From assembly GCA_000092065.1 (NCBI GenBank), contig CP000587.1: a DNA stretch of 64,000 nucleotides, one strand, 5' to 3'. This DNA is from Ostreococcus lucimarinus (taxonomy: Eukaryota). The notes below the pieces were generated by a model. The model was not told where the DNA came from. It searched no databases and saw only the letters and a list, made by a program, of their open reading frames with translations. Positions 50,018 to 59,589 of the stretch are shown here, piece after piece (position 1 is the first letter of the stretch; every line of letters starts with the position of its first letter). Made by a program: the position numbers and the translations under genes.

Positions 50018-50347
50018 ACGCTCGCCGCGCGATGACGCGCGCGAATAAAGACAGAGAGCGCAAGCAGGAAAAAGGGACCGGCGTCGAAACCGACCGCGCG
50101 TCCTCGCGCGCGCCCCGTAGAGCCACTTTAGCGTTGTCACGAACTTTCCTTTGCGTTTCGCGCGATCGCGCGCCGTCGCGAGCGCGCCGTCGCGCGCGGC
50201 TTCCGCGCGCGCGCGCGGAACCAGGCACCCCCCTCGTCCCCGAGATCTCGGCCCTCGCGTGCCGCACTCGTCGTCGCGCGCGACGACGCGCCCGAGCGCG
50301 CGCGCGCTTGGAGCGAAAGAAACAACGTCCCGCGCGTCGTCATCGCC

Positions 50348-53300
50348 ATGGACTTCGACGACTGGTTCGCGAACGACGACGAGTTGCGTCGGATGTCCGT
50401 CGAGGCGGATGCCGCGCGCACGGCGCGGGATGACGCCGAACGCGCGCGCGGCGCGCGCGCGAGCGCGAGCGCGGAGACCGCGGTGGCGATCGATGACGTC
50501 GCGCACACCCCGGGGGGCGAATTCGAGGCGATGGAACGAGAACTCGAACAAATCGTCGACGAGGAGCGCAGATCCGGATTCGAAAGCGACGACGACGACG
50601 ACGGCGGATTCGACGATGATTTGATCGACTACGATGACGAGGACGAGGATGAGGACGACGACGATGATTTCGACGATGCGTTCGTCACGGACGAGTATTC
50701 GTTTTCGAGCGACTCGCACTCCTCGATCGATGAGACGCAGGAGGGTGAAGTGCAGCAAACGCAAGAGGCGTTCGAGACGGTCGTCCCGGAGACGCAAGTA
50801 TTGATTTCGCAGCAGGCGAACGATGATGTCGTCATCATTCCGGACGAAGACGCGGACGAGATTCCACCGGGCGTGAACGACGCGATCGAAGTGCGCGATG
50901 CGAACGCGCTGCCGACTGAGGATTTAATCCGGTTGCTCAAGGAACGTATGAGGTCTGGCGAAGCGAGGGAGATCGAGGCGAGGTTGGAGAGTGAAGGCTT
51001 CGTTCGGGCGGATCGCGATGTACCCCGTGCTACGCCAGCGCAAACGGAGCCGATACGTCGGCGCGGACGTGGCCCCGACCGTAGACCACGAAAGAGGAGA
51101 CGCCGCGTCGTCGAGCCTGGGCAACGGACGCTTCACGACGTTGGCTTCGGGACGGGCGCTGAAAACGGCGCCGAAAGGGCTGTCGACGATGACGACGGTG
51201 ACATCGTCGTAGAAGGTGTGTCGCGTCACATCCCACGACTCGATCGACCTCCCGTGCCATCGACTGTTGATGAGCTTTACGATGTTTGGGAGCGCACGGC
51301 GAAGGATCTCGTTCCGCGAGACGCATCTATTTACAGTAATTTTCGGTATGCGTTCGGAGACGAAAGCGAACGCGGCGAGCGTTATCGCGAGAAAGAAATG
51401 AAGGATATCGGAAATCTGCTGTTCAAATATAAAGCGGACAAAAAGCCTGGACAGCACGCAATGCTCAAAGGCCGCGAACGCGAGGGTAAGACGGGCGCGT
51501 TGTTTTCCATAACTCTCGCAGCCTTACTCTTGAACATCCGCGTCGTCATTCTTTGCGCGCCTTTGAAGGTTGCGCCGATCTGCGACATGGTACGAAAGCT
51601 CAGACGTGCTGGTTTCGGGCGTATGTACGACACGCAGCACACGCTCGGACCGGTGCAAGCCAAAAGAAATAAGATCCCCAGCGCTCAAATGGGACAAATA
51701 TACGTCGCCTCTCTTTGTACGTTGGGAGATTTGAAAAAGGTGAAGAACTGGATCAACTGTCAGAAACGAGACGGTCAGTTGACGTTGACGCTCATGGATG
51801 AATGCGACGAGCTCACTCAAGGAAAGGGGCACAGTACAATAGAGATTGAGCACAGAGTAGACCCAGACACGTTTGCGCAGTACATCCGTCAAGAAAGACG
51901 CGGTGAAGATTATGAAGACGTGCTCGATGTACCAAGCGATCGAAAGGCGAGAGGGAAGAATTTCAAAGCGCAAATCGCAAAGGCATCCCAATATTTTCGA
52001 CAGCACGTGCATCCCGAGACGCAAGTGATCGCGTGCTCTGCGACGCTGAGCGGCTACGTCTTGAATCCTATTGGCGTCTTCCGTAACGATTTGCCGACGA
52101 GTATTTTCAAAGTGTTTCCAAAGGATGGATACTGTGGCATCGAAAGATTCAAAATCCCCGAAGGCTGCGAGCTCGAACACGACGGCAATTTATCCTTGGA
52201 GGCTTTCAGTGAGTCGAACGCTGTGGGAAAGTTACTACAACGCTTTTATACGCGAAGAAACGAATGCGATGGGCAACGTCTCCAACCTTTGCCAGGGAGC
52301 TCAGCGACCGAAATCGCACTTCGTGGTATGCTGTTTTTATCGTGCACCCCGAAGGTGAACGTGCACGGCGGCGTGCATGATCTCGCAAAAACGGTGACAC
52401 AAATGGTTGATTCTTGGGGCACTGGCATCAGTTCACAGAAGACTCTATTTATTTGCTACGTTGGATCGCCGCGGGTACTTTTCGCGGGTAGTTGGCAGTC
52501 GATGCCCAGTGGATATTCGTTTGAAGCTATTTACAACGAAACCGCGTCTCGTGTGAAAAAAGAGAAATTTGCGAACGTTTCCCTTCGAAAAGACGAGCCA
52601 TTCAGCAAAGTTTGCACGCACGTCGTCCTCATCGGCTATAATCTCACGCGTCGCGCGATGACGGCGGCGTTCACTCCGAAAGACGAACCTGGAGTACTGT
52701 GCAAAATCCAATATGGCATCATCACTGCGCCGAAGACAACGGCAGTCGATACCACGAGCCAACGAGTGAATCGTCCATCTCACGAGTTCGCGCAGCACGT
52801 GGTGCCTGAAAACTATAGCGTCGACGTCGCGATGTGGCCTCAAACTTTGGAGGTGTGCCAACGTTATCGAGAGATGGAGGACAAAATGGTGGAAGAACAA
52901 CGTGGGTCGCCGAAAATCCACGCCGAGTTCCGCCAAGCGATCGACGTCTATCAACAAGGTCTCGACAGCCACATAGTTTCCAAGAGGCGCATTCCTCTCG
53001 ATTGCATGAGCAACACCGGTCGCAAAGAGCGATATCGCCAGCAATCGGCCGTGGATCCGGACGAAATCGAACATCTGAAGGCCTTCAAAGTGTGGCTAGA
53101 GAATCACGAATACCAGCCAGGCAAAAAGTTGCACCAAGAATCAGTGAGGGTCTACTACGCAATCATAAGACGGTATTTCGTGAGCAACGCTGACATTGGA
53201 GACATTATTAAAGAAGTGAAAGATTGGGTAGAACGTCATCCAGAAGCCTCGGACTCTGAGGAAAACGAATGCAATCCGCGTAGCGCAGCTAGCGAGCGCA

Positions 53301-53395
53301 CTAGCGAGCGCACTAGCGAGCGCACTAGCGAGCGCTTCCTTGCGCTCGCAAGGAAGCATTTCCTAAGTTTTTGGGAAGATAGATCTCGTGGGTAG
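50348..53395 (+). CDS. Large ORF: a GC-rich acidic/NLS N-terminal region fused to a low-GC divergent SF2 (DEAD/DExH-like) NTPase domain. The true start may be 51398.
   Basis: From about 51200 the nucleotide composition drops sharply to roughly 50% GC against about 68% in neighbouring genes, and codon third positions lose their GC bias. Motifs present: KGREREGKTGALFS (Walker A), ILCAPLKVAPI (motif Ia-like), LTLTLMDECDEL (motif II, DECD), VIACSATLSG (motif III). The C-terminus has SERTSERTSERTSER from a 12-bp x4 tandem repeat. Confidence 0.5.
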   Translation: MDFDDWFANDDELRRMSVEADAARTARDDAERARGARASASAETAVAIDDVAHTPGGEFEAMERELEQIVDEERRSGFESDDDDDGGFDDDLIDYDDEDEDEDDDDDFDDAFVTDEYSFSSDSHSSIDETQEGEVQQTQEAFETVVPETQVLISQQANDDVVIIPDEDADEIPPGVNDAIEVRDANALPTEDLIRLLKERMRSGEAREIEARLESEGFVRADRDVPRATPAQTEPIRRRGRGPDRRPRKRRRRVVEPGQRTLHDVGFGTGAENGAERAVDDDDGDIVVEGVSRHIPRLDRPPVPSTVDELYDVWERTAKDLVPRDASIYSNFRYAFGDESERGERYREKEMKDIGNLLFKYKADKKPGQHAMLKGREREGKTGALFSITLAALLLNIRVVILCAPLKVAPICDMVRKLRRAGFGRMYDTQHTLGPVQAKRNKIPSAQMGQIYVASLCTLGDLKKVKNWINCQKRDGQLTLTLMDECDELTQGKGHSTIEIEHRVDPDTFAQYIRQERRGEDYEDVLDVPSDRKARGKNFKAQIAKASQYFRQHVHPETQVIACSATLSGYVLNPIGVFRNDLPTSIFKVFPKDGYCGIERFKIPEGCELEHDGNLSLEAFSESNAVGKLLQRFYTRRNECDGQRLQPLPGSSATEIALRGMLFLSCTPKVNVHGGVHDLAKTVTQMVDSWGTGISSQKTLFICYVGSPRVLFAGSWQSMPSGYSFEAIYNETASRVKKEKFANVSLRKDEPFSKVCTHVVLIGYNLTRRAMTAAFTPKDEPGVLCKIQYGIITAPKTTAVDTTSQRVNRPSHEFAQHVVPENYSVDVAMWPQTLEVCQRYREMEDKMVEEQRGSPKIHAEFRQAIDVYQQGLDSHIVSKRRIPLDCMSNTGRKERYRQQSAVDPDEIEHLKAFKVWLENHEYQPGKKLHQESVRVYYAIIRRYFVSNADIGDIIKEVKDWVERHPEASDSEENECNPRSAASERTSERTSERTSERFLALARKHFLSFWEDRSRG
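53281..53340. repeat. Tandem repeat (agcgagcgcact)x4 followed by a short inverted complement (cttccttgcgctcgcaaggaag).
   Basis: Seen directly in the sequence. It is in-frame in ORF 50348..53395 and encodes (SERT)4. Confidence 0.9.
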
Positions 53396-53471
53396 AACTT
53401 GTGTATGTATTGACGAAAGAATTGAATATTAAACAACGAACGCGCCGCGACGCGGCCTATGACGACGACGA

Positions 53472-54782
53472 TCACGATTTGAAGTTGACGTACGACGACG
53501 TGCGAAGGGCGTTGACGATTTCGTCGCTGTACCCCTTGCCGCCGTTGATCGGCCGCACCGCGCGCACGGGGGCTAGGACTTCTTCCGAGTAGTCGCACTT
53601 GAACCCGCCGATGACGGCGTCGAGAAGTTCTTTATCTTCGACGCACGCCATGAGCATGCGCGGCGAGCCGTACACCTCGCTCACGAGCTCGAATTCGTTC
53701 GCGTCGGCCGCGCTGAGGTTCTGCACGTCCCACGAGAGCGTTCGCATGACGTCGTCCACCAACGCCGGCGGACATCTCAAACCCATCAAACGCTGCGCCA
53801 GGGCGACGCGCACGCCCATGGAATCCGGCGCGCCCTCGGGCGCCGCGTTCAGCTCGGCGATTTTCGCGTCGTTCTCCGCCGCCGCGAAGTTGTCTCGGTA
53901 AATGCGCGACACGCCCGCGATGTGGTCGACGCCGATGACGGCGACCACCGTCCCGTCGTCCGTCTTCTCCGCGCACTCCTTGATCGTCGACGCCATGACG
54001 CGATCGCGCTCGTCGATGATGATTCGCTCGAAGCAATCGTCCACGCGCTCGTTCGCCTTGGCCGCTAACGGGTGATCCTCCGGTAACAGCAGGCGATAGT
54101 TCCGCTCGCTCTGCGCCGCGAACGTCCCGTCCAATTCCTCCAGCGTCGGCGTCGCCATCAATCGCTTATACGTCACCGCTTTCGGTCGATCGCCGTAAAT
54201 CACCGTCGCTCCGACCGCGAACGCCGCGGCGTACACCAAGACCTCGGGCGGTAACTGCGCCTTCATGTTTTCCCACTGCGGCGAGTCCGCGATGGGTCCC
54301 AGCTCCCCCTTCAGCGCCCCCGCCAATCGCGTCACGAACACCAGCGCCTCCGGCGCCGTCGCCGCGTCCACCATCATCGCCGTCACTCCTTGCTCGTAAT
54401 TCACCGCGTTTCCCGTCGCGTCGCCGTGTTCGCTCGTCACCGCCGTCTCCACGACGACGACTTTCGGCCCTCGTCTCAAAATGTACTCCGCCGCGTCGTG
54501 CGCCCCCTCCACCAGGTGCGACACCCCGAACGCGACGCACCGCTCGTCGAGCGGCGTGAACGTTCCCGTCGTCCACGCGTCCGGCGTCGCCGTCGCCGTC
54601 GTGGACGGCGACAGATCGAAGTCGTCCTCCTGGTCCTCGAAGAACGCCCTCGGCGCGCGCGCGACGCGAGCGGGACGCGCGCGGGACGCCGTCGATCGCG
54701 CGATTCGCGCGCGCGTCGGACGACGCGCGTTGGACGACGCGTTCGCGCGCATCGTCGACGCGCGCGCGATCGAGGCGCGCAT
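53472..54782 (-). CDS. TraB/PrgY/GumN family protein.
   Basis: RGPKVVVVETAVT...DGTVVAVIGVDHIAGVSRI resembles TraB-family motifs (VVLVGTAHVS; VVVVELC...). A Ser/Arg/Ala-rich N-terminal presequence. Confidence 0.55.
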   Translation of the reverse strand: MRASIARASTMRANASSNARRPTRARIARSTASRARPARVARAPRAFFEDQEDDFDLSPSTTATATPDAWTTGTFTPLDERCVAFGVSHLVEGAHDAAEYILRRGPKVVVVETAVTSEHGDATGNAVNYEQGVTAMMVDAATAPEALVFVTRLAGALKGELGPIADSPQWENMKAQLPPEVLVYAAAFAVGATVIYGDRPKAVTYKRLMATPTLEELDGTFAAQSERNYRLLLPEDHPLAAKANERVDDCFERIIIDERDRVMASTIKECAEKTDDGTVVAVIGVDHIAGVSRIYRDNFAAAENDAKIAELNAAPEGAPDSMGVRVALAQRLMGLRCPPALVDDVMRTLSWDVQNLSAADANEFELVSEVYGSPRMLMACVEDKELLDAVIGGFKCDYSEEVLAPVRAVRPINGGKGYSDEIVNALRTSSYVNFKS

Positions 54783-55545
54783 GACGCGTCGCGCGGGCGT
54801 GTGTCGAAGCGATGTTTAACGCGTTCAGGGTTTGAGACTCGTCTCGCATTACGCGCCGCTCGCGCGGCGAGCGTCGATATCGTGCGCCCACGCGGACGTC
54901 TTGACGTGCGACGTCGTGGTAAACGTCTTACCGGCCTCACCGCCGACGACGTCCTTATCCTGCGTCGTCGCGCGCCGTCGTCGTCGTCGTCGTCGTCAGT
55001 CGGTCCGTCGGCGCGTCCGTTCGCGTCCCGATTCGCGTCTCGCGTCGTCCAATCCTCGCGCGTTCGCGCGCCCGCGTCGTCGTCCGCGGCGCGCACCTTC
55101 GGCACGTCGTTCCCCTTTCGCGCCTTTGCCTCGCTTTTGGCCCTCGCGACGTCTTCCTCGCGTCGTCGCGCCTCGGCGAGCTCGCGCTTTCCCGCGCGTC
55201 GCGCCCTGTTCTTCTTGTTGTTGCTCCGCGCGTGTCTCGGCAGCGCCGCGGTCGCCGCGCGCGACGCGCTCGACGGCGCTTTCGTCGGCGTTTTTCGCGT
55301 CGTCGCCGGCGCGCCGCCGCGTCCGAGCGCGCGTCGCAGCAGCGCGAACGCGACGGCGCCGACGACCGCCAGCGGCACGAAAAGATTCGTCGACGCCGCG
55401 TCGTCGCGCGTCGTCGCGCGTCGTCGCGACGCGTCCGAGCGCGCGCCGCGAGCGTCGCGTCGCGTCGACGCGCGCGCCATGCGAGCGCGCGGGCGCGCGC
55501 GACGCCGCGCGTCGACGATTCGGTGTCGCACAGTGACGCGCGTCG

Positions 55546-56345
55546 ATGCCGACGCGCGACGGCGACGCCGCGCACGCGCGCGCTCGAGCGCGACCGTACG
55601 CCTCGCTCGAGGGCGACGCGCGCGATTACGCGCGGTGGGCGCGCGCGTGCGCGGCGTCGCGCGGCGACGCGACGACGCGCGACGCGCGAGACGCGCGACG
55701 CGGACCGCTGCGCAGGCGTTTCGACGTCGCGCTCGACGCCCTGCTCGCCGAGCTGCGCGCGCACGAGGACGCGGAGCCGTTCGCCGTGCCGGTGGACGCG
55801 CGGTACGCGCCGGATTACTACGCGGTGATCGAGCGGCCGATCGACGTGGCGACGATGCGCGCGCGCGCCGGCGCGAGCGCGTACGCGAGCAAGGACGCGT
55901 TCGCGGAGGATCTGGCGCTGATGGAGGCGAACGCGGTGGCGTACAACGGCGCGGGGTCGACGGTGGCGAAAATGGCGCGCGCGGTGGTCGGCGCGGGGGA
56001 GGAAATGCTGCGGCACGTGCCGCGGGTGGATTTCGAGACGTGCGAACGCGTGGCGGCGTACGCGGCGCGCGTCGAGCGAGGGGAGACGCTCGAGGGCGAG
56101 GGCGAGAGCGAGAGCGAGAGCGAGAGCGAAGAAACGCGCGAGAACGATGCGGACGAACCGGGAACGAAATCGTGGAGGAAACGGACGCTGGAGACGCGCG
56201 TGCGGCGAGTGCTTCGGGCGAAGGCGCTCGCGGACGCGCCCGTGGGAATGCGACGCGCGTGTCGACCGAGAAGCGCGCGCGGTATGCTCGAGTTCATGCG
56301 CGCGAGCGAAGATCACGTCGATGCATGCGTCGGTGCGCGCGCGTT

Positions 56346-56377
<32 letters not shown>

Positions 56378-56817
56378 TTCCCGAGGACGAAGGTTTCGTC
56401 GCCAACGCCGTGCCGACGCTTCCGAAATATTCCGCCACCGCCGAGTGTGTGAGCGCGGAAGCGCTGGACGACATGATGATGCGGTCGATCGCCGTCATCA
56501 TCGACGCGCGCTCGCGCGTGGGCAAAGCGTCGATCGAGTATTCGATGACGAGCGCCGCCGCGAAGCTGCTTCTCTCCGTCGCCGACGATTTCACCGCTCG
56601 AATCTCCGTGGACGTGGCCAAGGCCCTCGCCGCGCGAGAGCTCGAGCGCAAACGCGAACGCGCGCGCGCCACCGTGAACGCGTCGGGGATCAACGTTCCC
56701 GAAATCGCCCACCGCATCGGCCTCCGCGCCGACGTCGCGCGCGTCGCCGCGCGAGCCATCAAAAAATTTCTCGAGCGCCCGCTCGGTCCGCATCCGCGCT
56801 CGCGCTCGAAAACATAG
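55546..56817 (+). CDS. Bromodomain-containing protein.
   Basis: FAVPVDARYAPDYYAVIERPIDVATMRARAGASAYASKDAFAEDLALMEANAVAYNGAGSTVAKMA is a canonical bromodomain (F.PVD...PDYY.VI..PMD..T....Y.....F..D..LM..NA..YN). Contains a (gagagc)n-encoded EGEGESESESEE tract and an Asp8 tract. The N-terminus may extend into 54832..55536 with an unrecognised exon or frameshift. Confidence 0.7.
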
Positions 56818-57001
56818 TTTCATATCGTTACAGTAGGATATTAGTTTTAGCGTTTTCATTCCACACTAGCGGCGTAGCCTCGAGCGCGCGACCCGTCGCG
56901 CTCGTCGCGCTCGCCTCGCGACGTCTGTCTGTTTCAACTGTCCGTTCGGGTCACCGTCAGTCCGCCGCGCTCGCTCCATCGCGTCCGGCCGCGCTCGCGC
57001 C

Positions 57002-57421
57002 ATGTCGCCGTCCGGGTCGCTCGCGCGCGCCGACTCGGCGTCCTCGAGCCCCCTCGCGAGCGAACGCGCGGATTCCGTGGGCGATTTACCGCGAATTCCC
57101 CTCGGATTCGGCGCCCCGACGCGAAATCACGCGCGCACCGACAGCTCGTGCAGCACCGACGGCTTGATCTCGCGCGACGTCGACGTCGAGCGCGCGCTGG
57201 GTGATTTCGCCGAGACGTCGGACGGCGGCGTCGCGCGCGCGTCGACGTCGCCGCTCGCGCCGCGCGTCTCGCGGGGGAAAGTATCGCGAGCGCTCGCGAG
57301 CGTCGGCGACTACTTCACCGAACGCGCGAACCGACGGTTGAAGTTCGCGGTCGCGATCGCGCTGGTGCTGGCGCTCGTAGTGTTGATCGGGATGCCGCTC
57401 CGAGCGTGGACCAAGGGCTGA
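57002..57421 (+). CDS. Small tail-anchored protein (hypothetical).
   Basis: A Ser-rich soluble region, then a C-terminal transmembrane segment (FAVAIALVLALVVLIGMPL) and a short lumenal tail. Confidence 0.3.
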   Translation: MSPSGSLARADSASSSPLASERADSVGDLPRIPLGFGAPTRNHARTDSSCSTDGLISRDVDVERALGDFAETSDGGVARASTSPLAPRVSRGKVSRALASVGDYFTERANRRLKFAVAIALVLALVVLIGMPLRAWTKG

Positions 57422-57628
57422 GCCGACGACGCGAATCGACGCGCGTCGCCGCGGCTAATAATACCGCGCGCTCGCCGAGTCGCTCGCGACTTTTAACGCG
57501 CGTCTCGCGTCTCGGCGCGCGACGTCGCACCGCTGTAACACCACGCGTTGGATTAGTTTCGAGTTCGACGACGTCCGCGTTCGACGCGTCGCTCGTTCGT
57601 ATGCTACAAATCGCGTCGCTCCGCGCGT

Positions 57629-57836
57629 CTACGCGTTCGGCCGAAACCCCATCAATCGCGCCGCGCTGCTCTGCGTCGCGTACATCACCCCGAACGCCAG
57701 CCCGAGTCCCCCCATCGTGACCGCCGTCGGCGTTCGCATGCACACCTTCGCCCGCGCGCCGCCGCCGACGATCCATCCCAATCCACCGCCCGCGCTCGCG
57801 CCCAGGAGTACGTCCCGGTAGTCCGTCGCGTTAAAG
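57629..57836 (-). CDS. Candidate terminal exon of a small glycine-zipper membrane protein (Romo1/Mgr2-like or Tim17-like fold). This is not in the ORF track because it has no in-frame ATG.
   Basis: The minus-strand frame +1 of listed ORF 57315..57776 gives ...SNFNATDYRDVLLGASAGGGLGWIVGGGARAKVCMRTPTAVTMGGLGLAFGVMYATQSSAARLMGFRPNA*. It is preceded by CTGAC...CGCGCAG|, an acceptor-like context at about 57840. Confidence 0.3.
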
Positions 57837-58327
57837 TTGCTCGCTGCGCGCGCGCGTCGTCCCGACGGCTTCCGTCAGTCTCCCGTCGCGCGTCGCGCGT
57901 CGGTCGTCGACGCGCGAGAACGCATCGACGGTTCGCGCGTCGTCCGTTCGCGTCGTCCGTTCGCGTCGTCGCCGCGCGGCGTCGCCGTCGGTGTCACCGA
58001 TCGACGGTCGCGCGGCGTCGCGCGGCGTCGTCGCGTCGCGCTTTGTCGCGTCGCGCGCACCGACGGCGCCGAAACTCGGCGCGCGATCGACGACGTCGTG
58101 CGTCGGGCGATCGGCGATGACGCCCATGGATTCGCGCGCGTCGACCACTGCGGGCGAAGGTCCGCGCGAAGGATCGATTCGATCGCGCCGCACACGACGT
58201 CGCGGCGACGCGCCGACGACGCGCGCGATCGAATCGGCGCGCGGCGCCGTCGGACGACGACGCGCGCGACGGCGGCGGCGAACGGCGCCGCGCGTCGAGG
58301 GAGGGAGGGATCGATCGCGCGCGCGAT

Positions 58328-59524
58328 TTGAAAGTCGACCTCGCGAAGACGCGGCGCGAGCGCGCGGGCGCGCGGGCGAGGATGACGCAGGGCATGGGGG
58401 TGTCGACGTCGGATCCGTCGTCGCTGCCGCCGCTCGTGGAGGCGAAGAAAGGGACGACGGCGGGGTGGTTGGGACGGGGACGCGCGAGGGAGGACGCGAG
58501 CGGGACGCGGGACGACGACGACGGGACGAAGGGGGAAGCGAAGGCGAAGGAGGCGCGCGAGGGACGGTACGAGCGGGTGAATCCGATGAATTACGCGTCG
58601 GTGAACGATACGACGAAGCTGCTCGTGTGCGGAGGGATCGCGGGGGCGTTTAGTAAGTCGTGCACGGCGCCGTTGGCGAGGTTGACGATTTTGAACCAGT
58701 TGCAGGGGACGAACGCGGTGCCGGGGTGGGAGGCCGCGGCGGGACGAGCGTCGATCGTGAGCTCGCTGCGACGGATCGTCGCCACGGAGGGAGTGACGGC
58801 GCTTTGGAAGGGGAACGGGGTGACGATCATACATCGCCTGCCGTACAGCGCCGTCAACTTTTACGCGTACGAGCAAATCATGAACGTGCTGGATAAAGTG
58901 ATGACGACGTTACACTTCGACGAGAACGGCGACCCAGCGGTGGGGGCGTTTAAGTGGGGGTTCGCGCAGCGCTTGCTCGCGGGCGGGAGCGCGGGCTGCA
59001 TCGCGTGCACGCTGACGTATCCCTTGGATTTGATTCGCACGCGCCTCGCCGCGCAGACGACGGTCAAGCATTACAACGGCATCGCCGACGCGTTCATGAA
59101 GATTTTGCGCGATGAAGGCACGAAAGGCTTGTACCGCGGTCTGAAACCGACGCTGATCGGCGTCGGGCCGAACTTGGCGCTCAACTTTGCGGCGTACGAG
59201 ACGTTGAGAAATCACTTGCAATCGCTCGATCACGGGATGTATCCGATGGCGGTCGATTTGGCGAGCGGGAGCGCGGCCGCCGTCGTGAGCGCCACGGCGA
59301 CTTTCCCCATCGATCTCGTGCGACGCCGAATGCAGATGCGCGACGCCGTGCGAGGTGACAGTTTTGTCGGTGTATTTAAGCGCGTGTTGGCGAAGGAGGG
59401 CGTCACGGGACTGTACCGCGGCATCCTCCCTGAATTCGCCAAAGTCGCGCCGGGCGTCGCGATCACGTACACGTCGTACGCGTTTCTCAAGCGACTGGCT
59501 GGGGTGGACACGGGTCGTCTTTGA
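58328..59524 (+). CDS. Mitochondrial carrier family (SLC25) protein.
   Basis: Three repeats carrying Px(D/E)xx(K/R) signatures: PLARLTILNQ, PLDLIRTRLAAQ, PIDLVRRRMQM, with six transmembrane helices. The N-terminal extension makes the start uncertain. Confidence 0.85.
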   Translation: MKVDLAKTRRERAGARARMTQGMGVSTSDPSSLPPLVEAKKGTTAGWLGRGRAREDASGTRDDDDGTKGEAKAKEAREGRYERVNPMNYASVNDTTKLLVCGGIAGAFSKSCTAPLARLTILNQLQGTNAVPGWEAAAGRASIVSSLRRIVATEGVTALWKGNGVTIIHRLPYSAVNFYAYEQIMNVLDKVMTTLHFDENGDPAVGAFKWGFAQRLLAGGSAGCIACTLTYPLDLIRTRLAAQTTVKHYNGIADAFMKILRDEGTKGLYRGLKPTLIGVGPNLALNFAAYETLRNHLQSLDHGMYPMAVDLASGSAAAVVSATATFPIDLVRRRMQMRDAVRGDSFVGVFKRVLAKEGVTGLYRGILPEFAKVAPGVAITYTSYAFLKRLAGVDTGRL

Positions 59525-59589
59525 ATCGCGCGCACGCTGGAGAAAGTAGTTGAATCACGTTGTATTAGGAGAGAAAGTAGTCTGCGAAA

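Noticed and set aside
50348-51180. Treating the GC-rich acidic/NLS N-terminal 280 codons as definitely part of the low-GC helicase-like gene.
   Set aside because: The sharp composition change at about 51200 makes a chance upstream extension, or a separate host-derived segment, equally plausible. The point is flagged in the feature entry instead.
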